Shown here piece after piece: positions 10,246 to 23,100 of a stretch of DNA of 64,000 nt (position 1 is the stretch's first letter; each line of letters starts with the position of its first letter). Source of the stretch: Schizochytrium sp. TIO01 (lineage: Eukaryota; Protista; Bigyra: Labyrinthulomycetes); contig SMSO01000031.1 of NCBI GenBank assembly GCA_004764695.1, positions 9,282,761-9,346,760 of the forward strand. Direction: 5' to 3'. Both the position numbers and the translations under genes were made by a program. The notes beneath the pieces were generated by a model. It worked only from the letters and a program-made list of their open reading frames with translations. It did not search any database and was not told where the DNA came from.

Positions 10246-12409
10246 TATTATTAATAACTAATGACTTTGATAACGAAACCTCTCTATATACAAGCAACAT
10301 CAACAAATTTAATTAAAATCAAATACTGACCAGTCAAGCTGACTAATCGAATCATTTGATGGCAAGTGGAGGTTTCTTTTTATCACCTATGTATGCTATT
10401 CAATAGACTATATTTATTATATACGCCTCCCAGATATATTCCTCCACTGTCTAGCAAATGTATCATGATGGTTTAGTTTAGTTTGGACCACTTTGCCAGC
10501 GTACATTCGTATTGAGTTAATTAGCCTCGTAGGTCAGGACATTCACCCGTTCTACTACTACCAGTGTCCTCCTTGAACCATTCAATTAAGATCTTATCTG
10601 CTTATGTCCTCGTTCGACAACTTCGAGCGGGTATGTATGATCTATTATTGAGCAGTGTGGTCTCTCTTCTCTAAATTCAATCAATCCATCCATGTATTTT
10701 TCTAACTATTTATTATCTCATAATTTCAATACTTTCATGGTCCGACATAGTGTCACAATTTACTAGTCTGGTTTGTGCGCGCAAGTTGAATATGATGTTA
10801 CTATTCTTGTGTACTTCTTATTTATAAACTTTTAGTTAGTTATAAAAATTTTAAGGTCAGTATATATAATATGTACCTCCTGTCCATGAATTGATGCATG
10901 CACGAATCATCTTGTTGTCTTTAAAAGAGACACATACCTGAAACGTCTTTGAAATATTTTCTGTCTATCAATTTACTTAATATATTTCGTAGTCGTTCGT
11001 AATTTCGTGCTGTCAAAGACAAAGGAAAGCAAAAAAAGGGATAGATGCAGTCGCAGACACACGAAGGCTGGATGCTCTATAATAGAATGCGTAAAGTCAT
11101 CCGCTCATTCTGTAGTTCAACTTTGCTTAAGTAATACGATATCTATATTCTAACATTTCTTATATTCTCCGAAGAGACGCTGTTCTCTGATTATTAAAGG
11201 CATGCGAATTAACTGGACTAGTACGTTCAAATCTATTTACTTACATACATACTTGTATAGTGCGATATCATATAGAAGCCAAAGACTGGCATCAAGACTA
11301 GTTATATGTTGTTATATAGGTACGTACGGTAGAAACACAGTGACCAAACCCTATATCAGTCAACCCTCCAATTTCCGTACAACGATCCTTAGCGTTTCTA
11401 GCATGTTCGTTCAATACACTTTTGAAACATCACTATGTCCACTCTTTTTTAAGTTTTAAATTCGAACTACTTAATGGATGTATCTTTAATTTTAAAAAAT
11501 CATGTACATTTATGATTCTCTTTTTCTCTTGTTTAATTTTGTGCGCCAATAGTTTTCAATTACCCTGTGATCTCCCAACGTGCTAAACAAAATCACGAGC
11601 GAAGACCCTCGCTTGTATTTGTTCCTACTCTAATTATAGCTTTTCAAACCTTCCGCTCTTGTACAATAATTGCAAAGTCTGGGCATGCTGCCAAGACATG
11701 GACAAATTACTTTAATGAAAGAGTTATTTTTTCTGGACTTTAGGGAGACGAACTAATCAAACTTGATTAACAGTAACGTCTCGATGCTCGAACATATCGT
11801 CTTGCGCAAAAGTAACATAGTATTGTGGCTAGGTATGACTGACGTATCTTTAATTTTAGAAAGATGTGCAGTACCATCAGAATCGAGAAACCAATACATG
11901 CACAATCAGGAGAATTTCTTCGCGTAATAATATCTTATTCTCAGTAGTATGAGGGATGAGTGCAAGCTTTTACAAAATTTAATATAGACTCTTTGGATTA
12001 GATTTTTTAAATTTTCATGGCAGCATATTGATCCTTGTATTTGAGACTTTCTTTTAGCACAAATGCGAGCCGCTCAACACATATTACGGCATTTTCCCGT
12101 CATATATTTTAACATAATCTTGGAGTGAACTACCTACTGGTTACCTCGAAACCTTTTTGTTACTGAGAATCGTGTGAATTTATGCAAAGATAAATTATTA
12201 ACGGGTTACGTAGGAATAGCCTTGCATAGCTAACTTTGAGTATATAAAAAGAAGCCTTTAAAGTATTAAATGAAGCCTGGTTCTTGTATAAACTCGAATC
12301 TTGTTTAGTAAATTTTAGAAAGTATTTGACAATCGAGAGCAAAATTTTTAAAAGAGGTCTGCTCAAGAACAACAGTTCATCATAAATCTGGAACAAAAAA
12401 AGTATGCCT

Positions 12410-12920
12410 GTTCTGCAATAGAAAAACAGTTTCTTTGCAGTGAGAAATTTGTGTTGTGAGTGACTGCTGCATAATCAATCAGGTCAGCTAGAGTTTGGCA
12501 GTAAAGATGAACCCAATATTTTTGTGAAGGCTTGAAGAATGCTCTAAAAGGTTTGATGATCTATGACTTTAAGAGTAAACAATTTTCTATCCTTGGACTT
12601 CAATTCCACGACAGATTGATTCGTCTTATTGCAAGCTCTCTGTCAATGAGGTCTTTATGAAGGGGCACCAGGAATTATTGCAATGTTTTCTCCACTAGTT
12701 CCTTCGATTGGAGATCTCGGCAGACACTATTGATGAGATTTGATTATTTCGTCTCTTCAACCATCCACTTAGATTCCACCATACATAATTCCAGCAGATA
12801 GGCAAGTTTAGTTGTCTAATTTTATTCCTTTGTAGTCTCTACACATTTGAGGGCCTTACAACGGAACGCCTAAGACTCTTGCCTTATCCACTATTTTCTT
12901 CGATTGGAGATCTCAACAGT
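12410..12920 (+). pseudogene. Decayed dispersed coding repeat, copy B, with an internal ~200-bp duplication
   Basis: TCCACTA..TT.CTTCGATTGGAGATCTC occurs at ~12690-12718 and ~12887-12915. It is homologous to copies A and C. Confidence 0.5.
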
Positions 12921-14539
12921 GACGTGCTGACTTTAAAACAACGAGAAATGTTATATTTTCAAGTTTACACTTTTGTCTAAGAATCTTGAGTTTATGTTCT
13001 AGAGCATTGATTTCTGTGGAACAACTTATGGAACTTGTGAACCTCTAATTTAAATATAATTTGAATACTATATCTATAAATCTGAAAGATATTTTAAATT
13101 TAAAAAAAATCAATTTTGTCACATTCCCGCGTATGATTGCTGAGAACCTGCGTTAAAGGAACTGTGGACAAGACATTGCTACTGTTCCTACCGTATCTTA
13201 TAAAATTTAAAATTCAAGTTCACATATGATAAGAACAAGACAATGAGATAGTTGATTATGAAGAATCTCCAAAATTTAAAGTGTAAAAAACATAATTTAT
13301 TGAATACGTATGAAAAAATCTCCCCTATGGTTCACAAGGCGTTTCCATCCTTTTCTGACAATAACGTGTAACAATACAGATCAAGTCTGTCTGAATATCC
13401 TAAGTATTATGTAAATGATTTTACCATAGAAATACAATTGCAAGGATAGCAAATTGCCAACTCAAAAAACTTGAAATTTGTAAAGCCTTCCTATTTCTTA
13501 CCTCCAAGCCTCTTGTCTCTTGTCTTCATCCCGTCAATCAACCTCAACTTGACCAGATTCAGCTTTTGTCAATAATTTAATATGGTCTTCGATGATTTCA
13601 CTTGGAGAAATTATCGAAGGCGGGGGAGGAATAAGAGAGGATGTACCATATAACTTCATAGTAAGATAATATTATCTTCCTTGTATCAAAGAAAACCAGA
13701 CGTAATAAATAACATGAATAATATGGATCTGTGAGCTGATTGAGCTCAGATAAGATTAAAATCTATTGTTTACCATTGTTAAGGTCAGGCTTTAGTTTTC
13801 TTCGCCGTTTCAGTTTGTCAATTGTCAATACATGTGCTAAGATCAAAACACCGCTGCACTCCAGGAGATCCATCATGAGACTCTTCGATTATTCAAAATA
13901 TCAGGTATTGGACGCATTGTATTGCTCCTGGTAATATCCAAGCCACTAAGTCGGATGTGGGAACTAATTCCCAAGGACTGTATAGATTGCTAGCTAGCGT
14001 CAGCTATTTATTTTCGAAAGTTATGCCTATTACTAGGACCTAACTATATAGCAATAGGGTCCTAAGATTGGATAAAAGGAGGAGGGAACGAAAATGAGGA
14101 ACTAAAAATGAGTTCTGCAATGCGCAACCGTCGTGGTAATAATTCTAGTAGAGAACGTAGAGGATGCCATTTACCAAGAGAAAGTTTAAAATTGTAGAGC
14201 GAGCAACAGGAGAGAGAAAAGGCAACCTCTGATTCATGGTCAGGTTTCTGCCCTTCCCTAACTTTGCAAACTGACAACTGGGTGGAAACTTAACCACGAC
14301 CAAGCAGCCAAGACGAGGGTTGAGTGCAATCATACTGGTATCTTGGGCGACAAGCTGGCTCTGACTGCGAGAACCACAAGCCTTTGAAAAGAGCACTGGT
14401 GTGTTGCTTGCATATCAGTTATTCATCAGTTCATTAGCTTTGAGCATAAAGTTTGCTGCCTTCTCTTGGAGCTGCGTGGCGTTACAGACCACAACACGAA
14501 TCATTCAAAGACAAGTTTTAAAGAACAGAGATTGCAAAT

Positions 14540-16954
14540 ATGTTTGCTGCACCAAGTCCAAGAGCTGCAGACATGAGCGGCAATGCCAGGGCTGTGCCCC
14601 TGGTGACCCCTCGCCGGAGCACACGTCGTAAAAGTGGCGCTCCTGCATCAACAACGAAGCGCACAACTACGGCACGTCGCACGGCCGGAGCTACAAGCAC
14701 ACGAAAGGTTGGGCGTTCGACTGCTCGACGTACTGTGAAAAGGGCTTCTGCCTCAGCTGCAAAGGGTTGGACAGCTCGCGTTGCAGAATCAGATAACCTA
14801 GAGTCTAGCTTCATGTCATTGGACGACGATGATGTTGATGTGGCACCTGACGCAAACTTTGAGAGCCACTTTACCGATGAAATCCGCAAAGAAGATGAAG
14901 ATTCATCGATATCTCCTAGTGGCAAAGCTGCAGACGAGAACTCTGGCGCTGGAGCAAATATGCCTAGAAGCCCAACATTGAATGAGCGGCTCAAACGCGC
15001 TGCAGACTCAGTGCGTCCATCATCGCATAGGCGCAACAAGAAAAGGCGCAAGACTAGTGGCCCCTCATCCCCGGTTATGAATCTTGATACTTCAATGTTT
15101 GACTCAGTGGATGTGAGTCCACAGAGTGATCGCAGCGGAAGATCTTCATCAGCAACAGCGCCTTCTGCTAAAAAGCAAATTAATTCTCAGAAGAAGGAGC
15201 TAGAGGAGGAAGAAGAGCGTAAGTCCCAGGCTCGCGACTTTAAAGATCGTGGAAACGAGCACTACGCTGAGAAGGATTATGAGTTAGCTGAAAAGATGTA
15301 CACGAAAGCCATTGAACTTGACCCAGGAAACTCCGTATACTATGGCAATCGTGCTGCTTCGAAACTTATGCAATCCCGTTACGTCGATGCTATTGAGGAT
15401 TGCAACAAGTCAATCGAACTTGACCCCTCTTACACACGTGCACGGGTACGCGCTGCCCGTGCTTCGCTAGCTTTGGGTGACATGGACATTTGCAAAGAGC
15501 ACCTTGGTGCGCTCGTAAGACAAGGTAAAGGTCACACAGAGGAAGTCAAAGAGATGCTCATTCTCTTTGCAGAGTATGAGCAACTTCTCGAAGACAGCGA
15601 TCTGGCTCTGAGCGAGGAAAACAGTGAGGAGTGCGAACGCCTCACTGATAGAGCGCTTCAAATTGCGCCAGGATCACGACGAATCTGGATCTGCAAACAA
15701 GCTTTGAAACTCCTCAGACTTGCTACATCTGGCAAAGCTCCTATGGTGAACAAGTCCGAGCTTCAGGGTGTGCGTGCTGAGCTTGAAGGAATCATTTCGG
15801 CAACACAGAATCCGAATGATGAGGAGATGCTGCTTGCCGAGTGCTACAATTATGCAAAAGTTTTACTGTATTGTGCTCTAACAACCGAGGCCAAGATCCT
15901 TTTTGGTGTCTGCTTGAAACTACGTCCTCAGGACGGACGAACCCTACGCCGAGTTGAGCAGGTCCGCGAGATGGAAACGCTACTCAACAAAGGTGTTGCT
16001 GCATTCTCAGATGGTCGTAATGAGGAGGCCTTAGAGACCTTTGATCGCGCACTTCAGCTCGATGCAGCCAACAAAGCTTTCAATGGTCGAATGTTCTTTC
16101 GTCGTGCTGCAGTAAATATGGCTCTTCACAGATTTCGTGATGCCATTGCAGACTGCAATCGGTCTCTAATGAATCTGCCTTTGTATCACAAAGCCCGTGT
16201 TCGGCGCGCGCACGCTTTCATGCGTCTTGGGGACTACAAAACTGCAGTCGAAGATCTTGAAAAAACATATCGAAAGCAACCTACTGCGGCAATTGCTCGT
16301 GAACTCAAGAGTGCTCGCGCTTTCTTGGAAAAGGCTCAGCGCAAGGAAGAAGAACGCAAGGCTAAAGAAGAGTTTGATAGGAAAAAGAAACAGCAAGAGT
16401 CAGCTGATTATTTTCGCTCCCGTCGCAGCACATTCGCAGGTCAGACAAAGGAAGACTCAACAGGTACCGCTAGTTCTGGATCTGCACGCTTTCGTCAGAC
16501 AAACTTTTTTTCCTCCTCGAACGCTTCTTCTAGTTCTTCTTCCTCGAGAAGAAGATCCGGGTCTAATGCATCTGGGGCAGGACCACGCACCAGAGCTAGC
16601 AGCAGTGGAAGTGGAAATAGCGGGGCAAACAACCAAGGAACTAAGCGAGAAGCGGAAGCACCCCCTCAACACAACTATAATACAAGAAGCAGCAAAAAGG
16701 CTGAGCGTCCTCAACGCCGGCGTTCTTTTGAACCTGAGACCACCAGTCATTATCAAGTCCTTGGCCTGGCGGCAACAGCAACCTCTGCTGCTGTGAAAAA
16801 AGCATACAAGCAAAAAGCTCTTCGATACCATCCAGACAAGTGCAAATCACCGAGTGCAGAAGCAAGGTTTAAGCGCGTGGCCGAAGCCTATCGCGTTCTC
16901 AAATCCCCTTCCACAAGACGTGCATATGATGCAAAGCAAACGAGCTATTGGTAG
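14540..16954 (+). CDS. DNAJC7-like TPR + J-domain co-chaperone with long disordered S/R-rich extensions
   Basis: 804-aa ORF. TPRs include ARDFKDRGNEHYAEKDYELAEKMYTKAIELDP and YYGNRAA. The C-terminal J domain reads HYQVLGL...KKAYKQKALRYHPDK...FKRVAEAYRVL. Confidence 0.9.
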   Translation: MFAAPSPRAADMSGNARAVPLVTPRRSTRRKSGAPASTTKRTTTARRTAGATSTRKVGRSTARRTVKRASASAAKGWTARVAESDNLESSFMSLDDDDVDVAPDANFESHFTDEIRKEDEDSSISPSGKAADENSGAGANMPRSPTLNERLKRAADSVRPSSHRRNKKRRKTSGPSSPVMNLDTSMFDSVDVSPQSDRSGRSSSATAPSAKKQINSQKKELEEEEERKSQARDFKDRGNEHYAEKDYELAEKMYTKAIELDPGNSVYYGNRAASKLMQSRYVDAIEDCNKSIELDPSYTRARVRAARASLALGDMDICKEHLGALVRQGKGHTEEVKEMLILFAEYEQLLEDSDLALSEENSEECERLTDRALQIAPGSRRIWICKQALKLLRLATSGKAPMVNKSELQGVRAELEGIISATQNPNDEEMLLAECYNYAKVLLYCALTTEAKILFGVCLKLRPQDGRTLRRVEQVREMETLLNKGVAAFSDGRNEEALETFDRALQLDAANKAFNGRMFFRRAAVNMALHRFRDAIADCNRSLMNLPLYHKARVRRAHAFMRLGDYKTAVEDLEKTYRKQPTAAIARELKSARAFLEKAQRKEEERKAKEEFDRKKKQQESADYFRSRRSTFAGQTKEDSTGTASSGSARFRQTNFFSSSNASSSSSSSRRRSGSNASGAGPRTRASSSGSGNSGANNQGTKREAEAPPQHNYNTRSSKKAERPQRRRSFEPETTSHYQVLGLAATATSAAVKKAYKQKALRYHPDKCKSPSAEARFKRVAEAYRVLKSPSTRRAYDAKQTSYW

Positions 16955-17134
16955 ATACCGAGTAAAATTCCCAACAGATATTGAAATACATCATTTTAGC
17001 AAATTAAGTTGTACTTTGCTTTCCTTTGATACGTTTGTACTTTGGACATGGAGATAGGGAATGATGACAACTCGACAAGTAAGAAAATCTATAACTCCTC
17101 CGTAACAATGATTATTTTGATATCTAAATTATCT

Positions 17135-18607
17135 CTACCATGCATCAACCTTTCGTTGCGTACTCCAGGTTCTTGTTGTTGGTTTACTGAGTGAAATGCC
17201 ATCGGCATCAACACTCTCGTCCACGGTCTTATTTTTCTTCTCTTTTTTGCTCTTCTTCTTAAGCTTCTTTTCCTCACTTTCGTCTGATTCAGGTTTCGAC
17301 CTCTTGCGTCGAGAGACCTTCTCTACAATCACCTCTGCAACACCAGATCGAGCAGGATCAACAGTCTGAACAGGCGGTTCACGCTCAGGTGTCAACGGTG
17401 TGGAGGCGGCCTTCGATTTGGGAGGAGCTTCCTCTGCTGCATTGCTAACATTGACTTTGCCCCTTTGATTAGACCCAGAAGTTGGGGCGCTTTTCTTAGA
17501 GCTGTCTTTGGTTTCTGTGATTGCGACCGGCTGCGGAGCAAGACCAAGCTTGTCAAGTAGCACACCGTCACATGTTTTGAGCCGGGAAGCGTCTTTGAAG
17601 AACTGTTTAACAACGACACGAACAAGCTTTTCTTTTTCCTCTGCCGAAAAGTTGTCATCGCTTGAACTTTCTTTGACACCCAGTAGCTTTGCAACAATCG
17701 GATTGCGGGCAATGGAAACATGTATAAGGGATGCACTCAATTGCTTCAAAACTTCAATTTGTTTTGGCTTGGTAATGTGGTTATTACTCACGTCCAGCAC
17801 TGCAAGTTTGTTGCAATCTTGTAAAATGGTTGGGTCGAGGCTTGTGATGGAATTGTGCGAGAGTCTTAGTTCTGCGAGAAGAGGACAACGACGAATATCA
17901 GGGAGCGACCGAAGGTCATTCTTTGAAGCACTCAATTTCTTCAGACCCGGCAGGTTTTCTAGCTGAGTACGACTATCTAGTTTCTTGAGCTTATTCCCAG
18001 ACACAATTAAGGTGTTTACGGCAGGCAGCGCTTCAGGAAACTCAATGGATTCAATTTGATTATCATTGAGTACAAGCGCTGCCAATTGTTTCATATGGGC
18101 TAATGCAGCACTTGAGAAATGGGTCAAGTTGTTGCCAGCGAGCTTGAGAGTGACAAGCTTTTCAAGTTTCCATCGGCCAATGCGCTCAATACATTCGTTA
18201 TCCAGCTTATTGTTGCTCAGGTCCAGGAATGTGAGCATCGAAGGTGTATCCACAGAAAACACACGTTTCGGCAAACTCACAAGGTTGTTCTTTTGAAGAA
18301 ACAGTTTGAAAAGGCCTGTGAGTTCGACAAGAGACTTTGGAGCAAGACGATCTGCTCCAAGGTCTTCGAGATGCAATACTTTGGCTTTGGCCAGGTCTGA
18401 GACTCCAGCTTCGACCATTAGTTTTTCCACACGAGATTTGGTAAGAACTCGCTCTACAGCTCCACTGGCCACTTCCGGCTCCTCCGGACGTGTTGCTATG
18501 GGCTTTGAGACATTTTTCTCACGCGCGACCCCTCTTTTAGTAAGTGTCTTTGGCACAGCTTTCGCGGCTGGGCCTGCCCGGCGTTGATTCTGCTTCGGAC
18601 TTGCCAT
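17135..18607 (-). CDS. Leucine-rich repeat protein with a Lys-rich C-terminus
   Basis: 490-aa ORF with about nine LxxLxLxxNxL repeats (LTFLDLSNNKL, LVTLKLAGNNL, LAELRLSHNSI), an LRR-cap-like NP...LKTCDG segment and a KKE-rich tail. Confidence 0.88.
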   Translation of the reverse strand: MASPKQNQRRAGPAAKAVPKTLTKRGVAREKNVSKPIATRPEEPEVASGAVERVLTKSRVEKLMVEAGVSDLAKAKVLHLEDLGADRLAPKSLVELTGLFKLFLQKNNLVSLPKRVFSVDTPSMLTFLDLSNNKLDNECIERIGRWKLEKLVTLKLAGNNLTHFSSAALAHMKQLAALVLNDNQIESIEFPEALPAVNTLIVSGNKLKKLDSRTQLENLPGLKKLSASKNDLRSLPDIRRCPLLAELRLSHNSITSLDPTILQDCNKLAVLDVSNNHITKPKQIEVLKQLSASLIHVSIARNPIVAKLLGVKESSSDDNFSAEEKEKLVRVVVKQFFKDASRLKTCDGVLLDKLGLAPQPVAITETKDSSKKSAPTSGSNQRGKVNVSNAAEEAPPKSKAASTPLTPEREPPVQTVDPARSGVAEVIVEKVSRRKRSKPESDESEEKKLKKKSKKEKKNKTVDESVDADGISLSKPTTRTWSTQRKVDAW

Positions 18608-20159
18608 TGGCTTTGACGGCTACTTTGCAGCCAGTGGTCTTTTTTATCAAATAGGACTTCTGCAACTACCTTTCTGCCTGATCAGCAAGTGCCTCTCGTG
18701 TTGTTAATGCTGATGAAGCTTTCGTGATGGTTGGAATTGATTGAAGAGCAGGATGGTGTTTTTGTCTTCTTCTTCGTCTTTCTTTGAATGACTGGACCTC
18801 CTTTTCGTAGGCAGAGTTCTCCCAGAGCAGAGAGGGATATTACTATTAGTAGTAGACGTAACTATGTAGGTATTATTCAACTAGGATACATCTATTTCCA
18901 AGTCTCTACAGAATGATACCTCAAAACTGTGCAAGCAATTCTAACTCTTGTTGAGGTCTTAAACTCTTTATGGAAAGAGAAGTGATCTCAACCTTTAATG
19001 CAATCATCAATACCGGATTTGGAATACCTAGCCTAGAATAAAAGATTTGGACTTTCGTGCAGGCAATCGTGTCCTTATCATTGGGTAGCAAAGCTGTATT
19101 TCCATTCTTAGAATTTTGAAATTATCTTCTAACAGATCTTAAAAGAAATGTACAATACCTGCATATCATGAGTAGGTGCATGTTTGGGTTACCAAATGAA
19201 TTTCTATCTACGACGTAGGTACAGTCAGAGACAGCCATCACAAATTAATTTCATACCTGCCCAGCTTCTCCTCGGTCATCCATTCATCTGATTGTCAAAC
19301 TATCGAGGGATAGGTCCTAACCTACTTCGTACCTAAAGCGCAAAGATTTATTTGAGAGTTTTAACCCAAATTCGAGTACAAGGATTGATTGGAGTAGTGA
19401 GAGTCACTGTGGTCTAACAGAATCTCTATTAGTATATATTAAGTTTATTTTCATTCATTATTTATTTTTAAGAATCATTATTTTTAAGAACTGTTATGTA
19501 ATTTGTTAGTGTTTACTGCTAATGTCGAATTGATTGTTTGACTATTTGTGATTGATAGGTGAAAGTTGAAAAATAAGTGCATAATAGGTATTAGGGAATA
19601 GTAGGGGAAATATGGCACCTGCAAGTCAACGGCTTGATTTGCTCACCATTTCATAAGTAAAATGACACAGAGAAATAGGGCTACGACTGATCAAGGAACA
19701 TAAGGGCTGGGGGCTATTATAGAGAGCATGGCAAATATACAATTGCATTAACGTCAGCAAAATATTGGGCTACACGGGGTCTTAATAGTCCACAAGAGAG
19801 GACGCAGCTAGCAGTTCAAAGTATTTGGTGAACTTGAGGCGGCGAGCCCCTGGCAGAGCAACGCTTTTGCCTCTGCTCTGCCCAAGCACGGGGATAAGAA
19901 AGAACCGCACTAGTATCAAAAGCATCAAAATTGAGGACAACAAGAGATCCCTTCACTTGGAGACTGGGCTGCAAACAGTCAAGTTAGCACAGGGCCACTC
20001 ACTCGCTTCTCTCTGTTGTTTGCTTGTGCGCGGAAGATATAACTACAGCTTTTTGGTGGGGGCGACCCGCATCTAAAAATCCGAATGCATTTTCTTCAAT
20101 CAGAGTTCCTAAATTTGCATCTTTTACATATTGGGGAGTACAATGTAAAGCGAAAGTAC

Positions 20160-23100
20160 ATGGGGTTGCAGACATGGCCAAGTAAATTAAGGTGGTCGCA
20201 AATACAGAATTTGATACTGTGTCTTTTTATCACAATATGGATTCAAGTTGGCCCTTGGGTCACAGAAGCCTATACTTCGAGTCCAGGCACAGGGGTAATG
20301 TACATGGAGGTTTACATTCAGCCTAGCGAGGGATACGCTGGTGAACCATTTGGAGTACAGCCTTGCATAGCCTTCTTGGACATACAAGGTCGTCTCGTCA
20401 ACACCACAATGAACTCGTACTACTCGACTGCAAAAACGTATGCTCGCTTCGAATTAGAAAACCTGCCTTCTGATTCAAGGTATGCTATCCTAGAGCAGGA
20501 AGGACGCGAAGGTGAAATTCCAGAAGTTGAAATTGTGGAAGGTTGGGCCAATTTTACGGGGCTCAAATTTGATGACTTAGGTGATGGTTTTATCATTAAC
20601 TTTTACACTGAAACCTTACAAGTTAACAGTGAACCAATGAGCAACCGTTTAGGTCTGCCATATGAGCTTCGTGTGATTCAGGATGTTGGTACGGCAACTG
20701 GTGGCGTAGAATTCAAACCTCAGCCAATTGTGGCTATTGTTGATAAGGGAGGGAACACTGTAACCACTGTATCAAGCGGAACTATGACAGTAAGCATTTG
20801 CCAGCCAAGCGATGGCATGGGCTGTGCAGCAAACCCAGGTGGTACCCTCACTAGCCTTGCTGCAACGTCTTCGTTCGTAGCTTCGATAAGTGCTGGGCGA
20901 GCTGTGTTTTCTGGATTGAGTATTGACAAAGCAGGAACGCCTTATCAACTACTCTTTGTGTCTACATATACTGGTCTATCTCAAACAACACTAATTACGG
21001 CAGAATTCACTGTAGGTGTTGGCCGTGCTGTAGAAATCCGCATGGAGCAAAATGTCTCTGATGCAAAGGGAGGTCTTCCTTTCGGACAACAGCCAGTTAT
21101 CTCCCTACGCGATGCAGGAGGAAACATTGTTACAGAAGATAATGTACAGCCACCCTACTCAACAGTCAGTCTGCATTTAAGTAATAATCCGACTGTCGCA
21201 TTGCTTTCCTCAGCACTCAATAGCTCCCGAACTCTATATTTCACTTCTGGCATTGCCACATGTGTAGACTTCAAAATTAACAAAATTGGCCAAGGCTATC
21301 AAATTGGGTTCACAGCTAATATGCGAACTGCAACCGGAATTGCCTATACAGTGTATACAGATTCCCCGCCTTTTGATGTTACACTTGGTGATCCAACAGC
21401 TCTGGAGATACAGCGTGGCGTCGGTGGGGCATACGCCGGAGGACTACCTTTCTATGAGCAACCTATTATTCAGCTAGTAGATGGCGGTGGAAATGTCTAT
21501 GATACAGAAAGTAACGCCCAAGTTGAAGCTCAGTTAGTCGTGAGTCCAGGTGGCTTCGAGATGTTAGGTGTTCATGAAGCAACATTTTTCAAAGGGGTGG
21601 CTCGCTTTCGTTCTCTGAAAATCATCCAGCGAGGGGTAGGTTACACAATTACATTTAATTCCACAGTAGATGGGCAGACCCTCTATGTAAATAACACCTT
21701 CGATGTACTCTCCTCATGTGAATTTGAGCTGATGGCAGATGACGCTGAGAAGGATGACCGTTTCGGACATTCGGTGTCGATCTATGATGATACCCTTGTG
21801 GTAGGTGCGCCCTTTGAAGCTCAAAGTGTATATGAGGTACAACGAGTGACAGCATTAGCTGAAGAGGGTACTGTGTTGACAAATCAAGTCCAGAGGGTTC
21901 AAATTCGAGGCCGCCACCAAACAGAAATTCAAGTTGTATCTTCGTGTGGAAACGGTGCAGCATCCAGCACGCTTGCAGGATATTTCACGTTGACGTTTGA
22001 AGGACGAACGAGTCGACCATTGCGCTATGACATACACCCAAATGTACTGAAGAGCTACCTGGAAACCGATATACCTGCTGTTGAGACTCTCACTATCGAG
22101 AAAGTAGCGAACTCTAATTGTAATGCCAGCAACAGCTATAATTGGACCATCTACTTCAGCGAGCTAGAAGGAGAAATTCCTGAATTTGTTGTAAATTACG
22201 TTGGTCTTAGCACTTCAGCAAGCCCTGATCCAACAACCTTTCGATACTCGGCAACCGAGTTCAAGGGAATGCAATCTGCAAGCTCTGCTGATGATGTGTC
22301 AGTTACCGTGACAACTCTTAGCGATAGCCCTATAATTACTGGCTCATTCAACCTTATTGTAGGAGGTGATGGGACCCCCTTAGGAGATGATGTTGAACCT
22401 CTTGCGACAGAGAATATTTCAATCTCTGCCACTGGTGTTCAACTAAAAACAGCCGTAGAAACCGCAGTTCGGCAACTTGTTGGATCTCATTATCAAAGCA
22501 TTTACACATCATTCAATCTGCTTGATGTCACCCGAACCGGGCCAGATAGTCAAGGTGGATATATATGGGATCTTACTTTCCCCGCTACGGTAAATGGGGT
22601 ATATGACTGGCGCACTATCGAGGTCGACATTAGTGGGCTTTCAGGGCTTGGAGTTAACTCCCTCGTAACAATTACACAAGAAGGCCAATCCCCTCTAGCT
22701 GGAAATTTTGCTTTGTGGTTTAAGAATCAAGGTCCAACTCCTATTCTTGCATATAATGAGCCAGAAGCCACTTTCAAAGCCAAGCTAGAAACCTTGCCAA
22801 CTATCCAGGATGTCACTGTGGTACGCTCGACCACGTCATCTGGTTATGTCTGGACTGTTACTTTTCTTGCAACATCCAACAAAACAGAATATGGATTTGT
22901 CGCTGACGAAATAGGTAATCTACCTCCGCTGAAAGCAGACACATATGAACTCCGCGGCACAAATGCTCAAATCCTTATTGAGTACGCATATGCAGTAGAT
23001 AACATGGACACGCTCAAGTGTCAGACAACACTTGATGAGGTCACTGAATATGACGCAAACGTCGAGCCGTCAAACTGCGTCTTGCAAGATATTGACGAGT

